Positions 54,914-63,196 of a stretch of 64,000 nucleotides of DNA are shown in pieces (position 1 is the first letter of the stretch; the number at the start of each line of letters is the position of its first letter). Source of the DNA: Collinsella sp. (GTDB lineage: Bacteria > Actinomycetota > Coriobacteriia > Coriobacteriales > Coriobacteriaceae); the NCBI GenBank assembly GCA_048500675.1, contig DBFSAO010000141.1, forward strand, positions 3,782-67,781, in the 5' to 3' direction. A program made the translations under genes and the position numbers. The notes below the pieces were generated by a model that worked only from the letters and a program-made list of their open reading frames with translations, had not been told where the DNA came from and searched no databases.

Positions 54914-55852
54914 TTACAACACGGACCTGACCGCAGCTTCGATGCCGTCGGCGTCCAAACCGTACTTGTGCAGCAAATCGACCGCAGGGCCGGACTCACC
55001 ATACACATCGCGCACGCCGACGCGTCGCATCGGCACCGGACGCTGCTCTGCGAGCACCGAGGCCACGGCCTCGCCAAGACCACCGATAATCGAATGCTCC
55101 TCGGCGGTGACCACGCGACCAGTCTTCTTGGCGCTGGCAACTACCAGGCGCTCATCAAGCGGCTTAATCGTGTGCATGTTGATGACCTCGGCATCGATAC
55201 CATCGGCAGCGAGCGCCTCGGCAGCCTCAAGCGCCTCGGCGACCATAAGGCCACAAGCGATGATGGTCACATCGGACCCCTCGCGCACGACCACGCCGCG
55301 ACCAATCTTGAACTCATAGTCCTCGTGATCGTTGATGACCGGTGTTGCCAGGCGGCCGAAGCGCATGTAAACCGGGCCCTCAAACTCATAGGCGGCGCGC
55401 ACGCAAGCGCGAGCCTCGATGTCATCGGCGGGAACGATTACCGTCATACCCGGGATCGTACGCATGAGCGCGATGTCCTCGCAGCACTGATGCGTGGCGC
55501 CGTCTTCACCGACCGAGATACCCGCATGCGTGGCACCGATTTTGACGTTGAGGTGCGGATAGCCAATGGAATTACGCACTTGTTCGTACGCGCGACCGGC
55601 GGCAAACATCGCAAAGGTGCTCGCAAAGGCGACGTGGCCCGTGGTCGCGATGCCGGCGGCGAGCCCCATCAGGTTGCTCTCGGCAATGCCGGCGTCGTAG
55701 AAGCGCTCAGGGTGCGCAGCCTTAAACTTACCGGTCTGCGTGGCGGCGGCCAGGTCGGCATCGAGCACTACAAAGTCATCGTGCTCATTGCCCAGCTCGA
55801 CGAGCGCCTCGCCGTAGCTTACGCGCGTGGCGACTTTTTTGACCTCTGCCAT
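54914..55852 (-). CDS. Transketolase, C-terminal (pyrimidine-binding plus C-terminal domain) subunit
   Basis: About 312 aa, split-type transketolase with the motifs GIAESNLMGLAAG and GATHQCCEDIALMR. Its start overlaps the stop of the N-terminal subunit (ATG/TAA overlap). Confidence 0.85.
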   Translation of the reverse strand: MAEVKKVATRVSYGEALVELGNEHDDFVVLDADLAAATQTGKFKAAHPERFYDAGIAESNLMGLAAGIATTGHVAFASTFAMFAAGRAYEQVRNSIGYPHLNVKIGATHAGISVGEDGATHQCCEDIALMRTIPGMTVIVPADDIEARACVRAAYEFEGPVYMRFGRLATPVINDHEDYEFKIGRGVVVREGSDVTIIACGLMVAEALEAAEALAADGIDAEVINMHTIKPLDERLVVASAKKTGRVVTAEEHSIIGGLGEAVASVLAEQRPVPMRRVGVRDVYGESGPAVDLLHKYGLDADGIEAAVRSVL

Positions 55853-56682
55853 TAGAGCTCCTCTCCTGCTGCCGCAAGCTCGGCCATGGCCTGCTCAAAC
55901 TGTTCATCGTTGGGCGCCTTGCCATGCCAGCCAACCTGGTTCTCCATAAAGGAGACGCCTTTGCCCTTCACCGTCTCGGCGATGATAGCGACGGGCACGC
56001 CGGTCACCTCACGAGCCTCGGCGAAAGCCGCCTCAATCTGTGTCATGTCGTTGCCATCGGCTAGCTCGATCACATGCCACTTAAAGGCGCGGAACTTGTC
56101 AGCGAGCGGCATGGCCGAGTTGACCTCATCGATCGTGCCGTCAATCTGCAAGCCGTTGTGGTCGACGACGGCAACAAGATTGTCGAGCGCATGGTTGCCG
56201 GCAAACATGGCCGCCTCCCACACCTGGCCCTCCTCGCACTCGCCGTCGCCCAGCAACGTGTAGACGCGGTAGCTGTCACCCCAGTGCTTTGCGGCGAGTG
56301 CCATTCCAACCGCGGCGGAGATGCCCTGACCGAGCGATCCGGTGGACATATCGATGCCAGGGGCGTCGTTCATGTTGGGATGGCCCTGCAGTCGGCTGCC
56401 AATATGACGCAGCGTCTCGAGCTCTTCGACGGGAAAATAGCCGCGATTTGCCAACACCGAATACAGGCCCGGCGCCGCGTGACCCTTGGAGAGCACAAAG
56501 CGATCGCGATCGGCCTTGTGAGGGTCGGCAGGATCGATATTCATTTCCTCAAAGTACAGATACGCCATGATGTCGGCAGCACCGAGCGATCCACCCGGGT
56601 GTCCCGACTTGGCCGCGTGAACCGCAGTCACGACACCCTTCCTGACCTCATTGGCGACCTTCGCCAGCTCCTGGTTGGTCAT
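55852..56682 (-). CDS. Transketolase, N-terminal (TPP-binding) subunit
   Basis: From ATG 56682: MTNQELAKVANEVRKGVVTAVHAAKSGHPGGSLG, later GDGECEEGQVWEA (TPP motif). Confidence 0.85.
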   Translation of the reverse strand: MTNQELAKVANEVRKGVVTAVHAAKSGHPGGSLGAADIMAYLYFEEMNIDPADPHKADRDRFVLSKGHAAPGLYSVLANRGYFPVEELETLRHIGSRLQGHPNMNDAPGIDMSTGSLGQGISAAVGMALAAKHWGDSYRVYTLLGDGECEEGQVWEAAMFAGNHALDNLVAVVDHNGLQIDGTIDEVNSAMPLADKFRAFKWHVIELADGNDMTQIEAAFAEAREVTGVPVAIIAETVKGKGVSFMENQVGWHGKAPNDEQFEQAMAELAAAGEEL

Positions 56683-56745
56683 ACGAATTCCTCTCTTGAG
56701 AACAACCCCGGCACCGGATGACGCGATGCCGGGGCAATCCACTCG

Positions 56746-57429
56746 TTAAGCCTGAGCGACGACCTTCTGCCAGTCAGCCTCAAAAGAGGCGAGGCCCTGG
56801 TCGGTCAGCGGATGATGCAGGCACTTCTTGAGAGCGGCCATGGGCACGGTCGCAATATCGGCACCGAGTAGCGCGGCCTGGGTCACGTGGTTGGGCGTAC
56901 GAACCGAGGCGGTGATGATCTCGACGGTGTCGTCGACGTTCTTGCCCGTCCAGTCGTAGTTCTTAATGCAGGTCACGACGTTGTCGAGCTGCGAGATACC
57001 GTCCTCGGCGATGTCATCGAAACGACCGACAAACGGGCTGATGTAGCGAGCACCGGCATTGGCGGCCATAAGGGCCTGCGTCGGCGAGAAGACGAGCGTC
57101 ATGTTGACGCGCACGCCAGCATCGGCCAGCGCACGGCAGGCGGCAAGGCCGGCCTCGCACACGGGAAGCTTAACCACGATGTTGGGGGCGAGGGCGGCAA
57201 GGCGCTTGCCCTCCTCGATCATACCCTCGGCAGTGGTAGCGGTAGACTCGGCGGAAACGGGCAGGCCCTCGCAAAGCTCGGCAATCTTGAGCATATGGGG
57301 CTCAAAGTCGGCAAGCTTGCCGCCGGTCTTGGCGTACAGGGACGGGTTGGTGGTAACACCGGCCAGGCAGCCCCAGCTCTTGGCCTCGGCGATCTCGTCC
57401 AGATTGGCGGTATCGATAAAGAACTTCAT
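56746..57429 (-). CDS. Transaldolase type 3B / fructose-6-phosphate aldolase (TalC/Fsa/MipB family)
   Basis: From ATG 57429: MKFFIDTANLDEI...GVTTNPSL...VVKLP (Schiff-base Lys context); about 227 aa. Confidence 0.85.
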   Translation of the reverse strand: MKFFIDTANLDEIAEAKSWGCLAGVTTNPSLYAKTGGKLADFEPHMLKIAELCEGLPVSAESTATTAEGMIEEGKRLAALAPNIVVKLPVCEAGLAACRALADAGVRVNMTLVFSPTQALMAANAGARYISPFVGRFDDIAEDGISQLDNVVTCIKNYDWTGKNVDDTVEIITASVRTPNHVTQAALLGADIATVPMAALKKCLHHPLTDQGLASFEADWQKVVAQA

Positions 57430-57496
57430 GGTGCAAACTCCTTCAAATGAATTGCTAGTAATCCTAAGGACAGCGGCCCGATCGTCGGTCAATCCA

Positions 57497-57615
57497 ACGT
57501 CAGCGAGCGGGCAGCTGCCGTGGCAAGGTGGTGCGAAAGAGGAGCGAAGCGTACTTTGGTACGCGAGCGACGGCTTGAGCGCCAGATTGCCCGGCAGATG
57601 CCCGCGCAGCGTCGA
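57497..57615 (-). repeat. Intergenic element family Q copy 3 (inverted)
   Basis: The reverse complement reads GACGCTGCGCGGGC...GGCAATCTGGCGCTCAAGCC...GCGTACCAAAGTACGC...TTTCGCACCACCTTGCCAC...GCCCGCTCGCTGACG. It lies inside the PTS/GatZ-like/Fsa operon. Confidence 0.7.
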
Positions 57616-57620
57616 CCGGT

Positions 57621-57642
57621 CCGGCGTTTGTCAAAACGCCGG
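57621..57642 (-). terminator. Hairpin CCGGCGTTT-GTCA-AAACGCCGG immediately after the gatZ-like stop
   Basis: 9-bp stem 7 nt downstream of the stop, followed on the minus strand by Q3. Confidence 0.45.
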
Positions 57643-57648
57643 AACTAC

Positions 57649-58923
57649 CTAGTCCTCGAGAGCCTTCTCGATGCGGCTCGTGACGCCCTTGAGGTTAAGA
57701 CCGACGACGTACTGCTTGATCGGGCGCTTGATGTGCTCGATCACAAAGCGCTTGCCGTCGATGTCCTGGGCAGCGAGGTTGCGATAGAGCTTCTCGACCT
57801 GCTCCTTGACCTCAGGATCGTTGAACGCATAGTGGCCGGAGACATCCAGGATCTTCAGACTGAGCTCATCGTCGGCAAGGATGTCATCGACCTGCAGGTT
57901 GACGTCGTCGCCAGTCATCCACTTGCGCCAGCGCTCGGTCTTGATGGCCTTGACCAGCAGGGTGTGATACAGGTCGGAGGGGTCATCGCACAGACCGTTG
58001 TCGACCAGGATCTGCTCGGTAGCGCAGAGCTTGAGGTAAGCGCGGGTCTCCTCGGTGCCGTACTGAGGGGCGACATTGGAAGCGGTCACGTGAGCCGGGA
58101 TGTGCTCGAGCAGCGTCGCGTCATCCAGGTAGTCGGCGTTGTGCTCCTTCAGACCCACGCCGTAGCGCTTGGCCATATCGGCAAGCTCGCGAGCGTTCTT
58201 GAAGTTGTAATGGCCGACCTGCTCGGTCCAACGGGTAAGCGTGCCGGTCTGACCGACGATAAAGGTGGGCATGGGGCAGCCGCGCTTCTCGAGCTCGGGC
58301 TGCAGCTGAGAAATGAACTCCTCGTACTTATCGGTGGAGGTCAGGCCGCCATTGGTCTCCTCGGTACCGACCTCATAGGCGACCTCGGGCAGGTTATGCT
58401 CGCGACGGTACTGCTCAAGGTAGTCGATAAGATCGATCGTACGGCGAAGCACCACGTCGAGCGGAATAACCTTGCCGATCTGATAGGGGTCCTTGGTGGG
58501 GTCGACCATCAGCAGGTCAAAGCCCGCCTCCATGTCGGCGACAAAGGACTTGCGGGCGAGCTCCATGGCCTCGTCCTCGGGCAGGTGGGCGTTACGCTCC
58601 TCGTCGCGCTGCCACGGACCGCCGTGATCGCGGCACAGGTAGTACGGACCGGTGTAACCCACCTCATCGGCAACCTTCTTGATGTCGGCGGCAAAGCGCG
58701 TCTGGTCCCAACCGTTAACGTAGCCGGCGCCCATCTCGTCCATATCGACCTGGTTGCGGCTGGCGATAAACATGGGCGGGAAATCCTCGTCCTTGGCAAG
58801 CTCGAACACGGCCTGAATCAGGTTGGGGCTCATGGGGCCAATGCCGACCATGGTTGCGTGATCGCCGCTATCCTGCAGTTTGAGCATGCCCTGAACGGCC
58901 TGGCGGATGGTGAGGTTGGACAT
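57649..58923 (-). CDS. GatZ/KbaZ family protein (class II tagatose-bisphosphate aldolase accessory / ketose-phosphate epimerase-like)
   Basis: The layout matches GatZ: SRNQVD (compare SNQV), CRDHGGPW (compare GGDHLGP), VGTEETNGG (compare IGTEVP) and KEHNADY (compare EAHSTDY). About 424 aa. Confidence 0.75.
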   Translation of the reverse strand: MSNLTIRQAVQGMLKLQDSGDHATMVGIGPMSPNLIQAVFELAKDEDFPPMFIASRNQVDMDEMGAGYVNGWDQTRFAADIKKVADEVGYTGPYYLCRDHGGPWQRDEERNAHLPEDEAMELARKSFVADMEAGFDLLMVDPTKDPYQIGKVIPLDVVLRRTIDLIDYLEQYRREHNLPEVAYEVGTEETNGGLTSTDKYEEFISQLQPELEKRGCPMPTFIVGQTGTLTRWTEQVGHYNFKNARELADMAKRYGVGLKEHNADYLDDATLLEHIPAHVTASNVAPQYGTEETRAYLKLCATEQILVDNGLCDDPSDLYHTLLVKAIKTERWRKWMTGDDVNLQVDDILADDELSLKILDVSGHYAFNDPEVKEQVEKLYRNLAAQDIDGKRFVIEHIKRPIKQYVVGLNLKGVTSRIEKALED

Positions 58924-58992
58924 TTTGTTCTCCTTCTCCAGAGGATTTTTGACAAAAGTTCCCTGGGACCCAGATGCGGGCCCTATCAGTAC

Positions 58993-59052
58993 GGATGGAT
59001 TTTGTTGTGTAGGGGCGGTTGTGCGGAGTCAAATCCATCCCTCCGCACAACC
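58993..59052 (-). other. Interleaved stems (pseudoknot-like or alternative hairpins) between the PTS IIBC and gatZ-like genes
   Basis: GGATGGATTT (58993-59002) pairs with AAATCCATCC (59031-59040). GGTTGTGCGGAG (59017-59028) pairs with CTCCGCACAACC (59041-59052). The two helices interleave. Confidence 0.5.
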
Positions 59053-59067
59053 GGAGTCCTTAAAGGT

Positions 59068-60540
59068 TTACTTGGCCTGCTTGTCGAGCGTGGGCTTCAT
59101 GGCAATCAGGATTGCAGCGGCGACCACGGCGCCAATCACGATGTCCAGGCAGAACAGCGCGACGTTGTTGGTGGCAAGGGCGACGATAAAGCCACCGTGC
59201 GGGACGTAGCAGTCGATACCCTGGAAGGCGGCGAGCGCCGCGCCCACGGCAGAGCCGATGCAGATGCCGGGAAGGGTGTGACCGAGGTCCTTGACCGCAA
59301 AGGGGATAGCGCCCTCGGTAATACCGATGCAGCCCATGAACAGCGCGGAGATGCCCATCTGGCGGTCGGCGTCATCGAACTTGTTCTTGGCGATGAGCGC
59401 AGCGAGACCACAGGCGATCGGGGGAACGGCGACGGCGACGCGGAACATACCGTTAGGACCGTAGATACCGGAGGCCATGATGGCCATGGTGAAGGTCGAG
59501 GCGGTCTTGTTGATGGGGCCACCCATATCGAAGGCGGTCATAACGCCAATGACCAGACCCAGGACAACTGCGGAACCGCCCTGCAGGCTGCCGAGCACGC
59601 CGGTGAGCCAGTCCATCACAAAGCCAAGCGGCGTGGCCAGGATGTAGATATAGGCCATGCCCAGGACAAGCGAGGTCAGAATCGGGATGATCAGGATGGG
59701 CATGATGGTCTGGATGGTGTTGTTGACCTTCCAGGTCTTCATCCAGCGGACAAAGTAGCCGCAGATGACCGCCATGATCATGGCGCCCAAGAAGCCGGTC
59801 GAAACGCTGTTGCCGTTAGGGGTAACGACTGCGTTGTTGACCAGGTAGCCCAGGACAAAACCGGGGGCGAGCGCGGGCTTGCCAGCCATCGAGTAGGCGA
59901 TGTATGCCGCAAGCACCGGAATCATCATGGAGATGCCGGCCATGCCGATGGTGTTAAGACTCACCATCAGCGGGTTCGTAACCTCCATGCCGTTGGCGCC
60001 GGCGGTACCGGATGCCAGCGAGAAGGCGAGGAACACGCCGCCGATAACGACGATGGGGATAAAATAGGAAACGCCGGTATTGAATGCATTGAGCAGCGTC
60101 TTACCCGGATCGGCAAAGATAGACTGCTTGGACGCCGGTGTCGGGGCCTGCGGGGCAGCGGAGACGGCCTTCTTCTCTGCCTTGGCCTCGGCCTTGGGCG
60201 CGTCAACGGCGCCACCCGTCGCCTTGATGATCTCAATGGCCTGGTCGATGATCTTTACCGGATCGGCGATTACATCCGAGGTGCCGACCTTCAGGAACTT
60301 GCCCTCGGCCATCTTCTGCTCAAAACGGTCCTCGTTCTCGACACCCACGTCGACGGACTCCAGGACCAGGTCGGCGGAGTCCACGTCTTCCTGCGTGAGC
60401 TCATTCTCGATACCCAGGCCACCCTGAGCCTCGACCTTGCACTCGATGCCACGGGCGGCGCATTCATCCTGAATCGCCTTCTGGGCCATATACGTGTGGG
60501 CGATACCCACAGTACAGGCGGCAACGCCTACGATCTTCAT
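59068..60540 (-). CDS. PTS fructose-family EIIBC component
   Basis: From ATG 60540: MKIVGVAACTVGIAHTYMAQKA (IIB-Fru Cys motif), a linker, then a polytopic IIC domain. Confidence 0.85.
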   Translation of the reverse strand: MKIVGVAACTVGIAHTYMAQKAIQDECAARGIECKVEAQGGLGIENELTQEDVDSADLVLESVDVGVENEDRFEQKMAEGKFLKVGTSDVIADPVKIIDQAIEIIKATGGAVDAPKAEAKAEKKAVSAAPQAPTPASKQSIFADPGKTLLNAFNTGVSYFIPIVVIGGVFLAFSLASGTAGANGMEVTNPLMVSLNTIGMAGISMMIPVLAAYIAYSMAGKPALAPGFVLGYLVNNAVVTPNGNSVSTGFLGAMIMAVICGYFVRWMKTWKVNNTIQTIMPILIIPILTSLVLGMAYIYILATPLGFVMDWLTGVLGSLQGGSAVVLGLVIGVMTAFDMGGPINKTASTFTMAIMASGIYGPNGMFRVAVAVPPIACGLAALIAKNKFDDADRQMGISALFMGCIGITEGAIPFAVKDLGHTLPGICIGSAVGAALAAFQGIDCYVPHGGFIVALATNNVALFCLDIVIGAVVAAAILIAMKPTLDKQAK

Positions 60541-60955
60541 TGCTTCCCTCTTTTCATAGAGTTGCGTGCGCAAGACACCGTTTGCGGAGGCCTCCGGAGC
60601 ATCCCCTGCCGTTTGGACTTGCTGTCTTTTCGACAAGAACAATATAGGTGCTCGTTTTTCTTAATGCCAGCTTATTTCGGTAAACGCGCAGGTCAGAGCG
60701 TTGGTTATGCGATTTAGTTATGCGTTTAACCAAAAATGAATCCTGCGATTTTGCCCTCGATTTCAAAAGTCAAGAAGTATTTGATTTTCTCGGTAGACGG
60801 CAGATGCGCATGCCGGTCACAAATTTCGACCCCACCCGTATGCCGCATTTGTTGCATACTCATATGAAAGGAAAAAGCCGCTCACCGAAGCGTATCCTTC
60901 ACCAAGACTCAAAGTCATCATGTTGGAAAATGCTCATCTGTCGGAAGGAGTCGCT

Positions 60956-61966
60956 GTGGCAAAACAGCGCGTTACGATCGCAGACGTCGCTCGAGAGGCG
61001 GGAACCTCGACGGCAAGCGTCTCGTATTACCTCAACGACAAACGAGAAAAGCTTAGCGAGAAGACGCAGAACAAAATCGCGCGCGTCATTAAGGAACTCG
61101 GATACGTTCCCAACGCCCAAGCGCAGACGCTCACCGGCAAGCAAACCCACGTCATTGCCATCATCATTTTGGATAACACCAACAAATGGGCGGGGCTCGT
61201 TCTCAATGGCATGGAGCAGGTCATGCTCCCCGCGGGCTACCAGACGGTCGTTTGCACGAGCAACTTTAACCCCGAGACCGAGCTCATGTACGTCGACAAG
61301 ATGCTCTCGCTGGGCGTCGATGGCTTTATCATCCAGCCCACGGCAAACTTCAAAGCCGTGCATGACCGCATTAGACGCGCCGGCAAGCCGGTCGTCTTTT
61401 TCGATGCGGCCATCTATAGCCCAGGTACCAGCTGGATCAAAACCAACCTTTACGACGGCGTGTACAACGCCACACAGGCACTCCTCGACGCCGGCTACGA
61501 AGATTTCTTTTCCATTGCCGCCAACATGACCGAAATGCGCACCCGCATGGAGCGTTTTCAGGGGTATGCCGAGGCGCTGGCAGCGAACGGGCAGCTCTAC
61601 AAAGCGATTCCCATCGATCACAACAAGCCGTCAATCAACGAGCTCACTGAATACTTTAAATTCAAGTTCAATCCCGCCAAGCGAACCCTTATCTTCGTGC
61701 AAAATCAGTGGGCACTTCCCCGTGTCTACAAGGCCCTCCAGCCAATGGCCCATCTGCTTCCGCAGCAAATCGGCCTTTTGGGACTCAACTGCGAAGACTG
61801 GACTAATCTCACCACACCGACCGTCTCCACCATCATCGAGCCCGTCGACCAAGAAGGTCGCGAAGCAGCCGAGATGCTGCTCGCCCTACTTGACGGAAGC
61901 AGCGAACCCGGCGAGCAGCGCATTCTCGAGTGCAAGCTCAACTGGCTCGACTCCACCTCGATCTAG
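60956..61966 (+). CDS. LacI family transcriptional regulator (divergent from the PTS operon)
   Basis: VAKQRVTIADVAREAGTSTASVSYYLN is a LacI HTH. GTG at 60956 is preceded by GGAAGGAG; the track start at 60920 is also possible. Confidence 0.8.
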   Translation: MAKQRVTIADVAREAGTSTASVSYYLNDKREKLSEKTQNKIARVIKELGYVPNAQAQTLTGKQTHVIAIIILDNTNKWAGLVLNGMEQVMLPAGYQTVVCTSNFNPETELMYVDKMLSLGVDGFIIQPTANFKAVHDRIRRAGKPVVFFDAAIYSPGTSWIKTNLYDGVYNATQALLDAGYEDFFSIAANMTEMRTRMERFQGYAEALAANGQLYKAIPIDHNKPSINELTEYFKFKFNPAKRTLIFVQNQWALPRVYKALQPMAHLLPQQIGLLGLNCEDWTNLTTPTVSTIIEPVDQEGREAAEMLLALLDGSSEPGEQRILECKLNWLDSTSI

Positions 61967-62085
61967 ACCGCGGGACAAATGAATCAGTAGCGTTTGTCTC
62001 AAATCTTAAGTATTTGTTCGACAGAACGGCCCTTGCCGGCTCCTGCTAGACTGGTAGATTCCCAACCGTCCATCCAGGAGCCTCA

Positions 62086-63069
62086 ATGTCGCGCAAGCCC
62101 GCCTACAAGCAAGCACTTTCCATCGGCACCGCCGTGGTGCTGGGGTTTGCGCTGTTTACGGGATCGCTCGACGGAGCGCCCAAGTTGCTGTCGCCGCAAG
62201 GCGATGAGCAGGCGGCGGCTCTGGCCGAAAAACAAAACGAGAGTCCCAGCCGCACCGACGACGAGGCAGACCTGGTCGCTCGGCTCGAATCGGGAACGGC
62301 GAGCGCGGCGGACCCTCAAAACAGCCAGGACTCCGGCGATGGCTCCGATTCCGCCGCGACCGACACCGATGACGACGTTTCCGCGGGCAGTGCCGCCACC
62401 CCCATCGACGAGGTCGAAAACCCCGACCTCAACCGCGCCCGCGGTGTTTATCTCAGCAGCATTCCCGACTACGCCGGCAACCCCTACGTTGCCCTTCGCG
62501 CCGACAGCACGCACCCGCTCGGCACGCCGTCATTCACACTCGATGAATACGATCGCGCCACCGAAGAGGGCTGCTTTAAGAAATTCTCCAAGCTCGACAG
62601 CCTGGGTCGCACTCGCAAGGCGCTCGCCTGTGTAGGCCCCGAGTCGCTCGGACAGGGAAAGCGCGGCGATATCTCGCGCATCCATCCTGCCGGTTGGCAC
62701 CAGCAGCGCTACGACTTTATTCCGGGCCAGAGCCTCTACAACCGCTGCCACCTTATCGCCTGGTCGCTCTGCGGCGAAAACGCCAACCGCAAGAATCTCC
62801 TCACCGGCACGCGCTATCTCAACGAGACGGGCATGCTGCCGTTTGAAGAGCAGATTCTCAACTATATTCGCGATACGGGCAACCATGTGCTCTACCGCGT
62901 CACGCCTATGTATAACGAAGAGGAACTTGTCTGCCGCGGTGTGCGCCTTGAGGCGCAATCGGTCGAGGACCACGGCAAGGCCCTCTGCTTCCACGTGTAC
63001 TGCTACAACCTGCAGCCGCACGTGCAGATCGACTACGCCACCGGCCGCAATCAGGCCTCGGGAGACTAG
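62086..63069 (+). CDS. Secreted or membrane-anchored DNA/RNA non-specific endonuclease (EndA/NucA-like DNA-entry nuclease family)
   Basis: N-terminal TM/signal and a D/S/A-rich linker. The catalytic region has YNRCHLIAWSLCGENANRKNLLTGTRYLN and LYRVTPMY. Confidence 0.75.
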   Translation: MSRKPAYKQALSIGTAVVLGFALFTGSLDGAPKLLSPQGDEQAAALAEKQNESPSRTDDEADLVARLESGTASAADPQNSQDSGDGSDSAATDTDDDVSAGSAATPIDEVENPDLNRARGVYLSSIPDYAGNPYVALRADSTHPLGTPSFTLDEYDRATEEGCFKKFSKLDSLGRTRKALACVGPESLGQGKRGDISRIHPAGWHQQRYDFIPGQSLYNRCHLIAWSLCGENANRKNLLTGTRYLNETGMLPFEEQILNYIRDTGNHVLYRVTPMYNEEELVCRGVRLEAQSVEDHGKALCFHVYCYNLQPHVQIDYATGRNQASGD

Positions 63070-63129
63070 GGCCGACCAAGCTGCCCAAAACCTATAATGA
63101 TCCGTTTTCCTCCGTCCCCCGGGGATCAA

Positions 63130-63162
63130 AAGGGCCGCCCTGGATTGCCCAGAGCGGCCCTT
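63130..63162. terminator. Bidirectional hairpin AAGGGCCGC-N15-GCGGCCCTT
   Basis: Lies between the convergent nuclease and EF-G-like genes. Confidence 0.5.
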
Positions 63163-63196
63163 GCACCGGCATGTATGTTGCAGGCAACGCCACACG

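Noticed and set aside
57520-60717. 1065-aa plus-strand ORF spanning the gatZ-like and PTS IIBC genes
   Set aside because: It is antisense to two well-supported genes, crosses an intergenic terminator region, and has a biased G/D/R/H/L composition.
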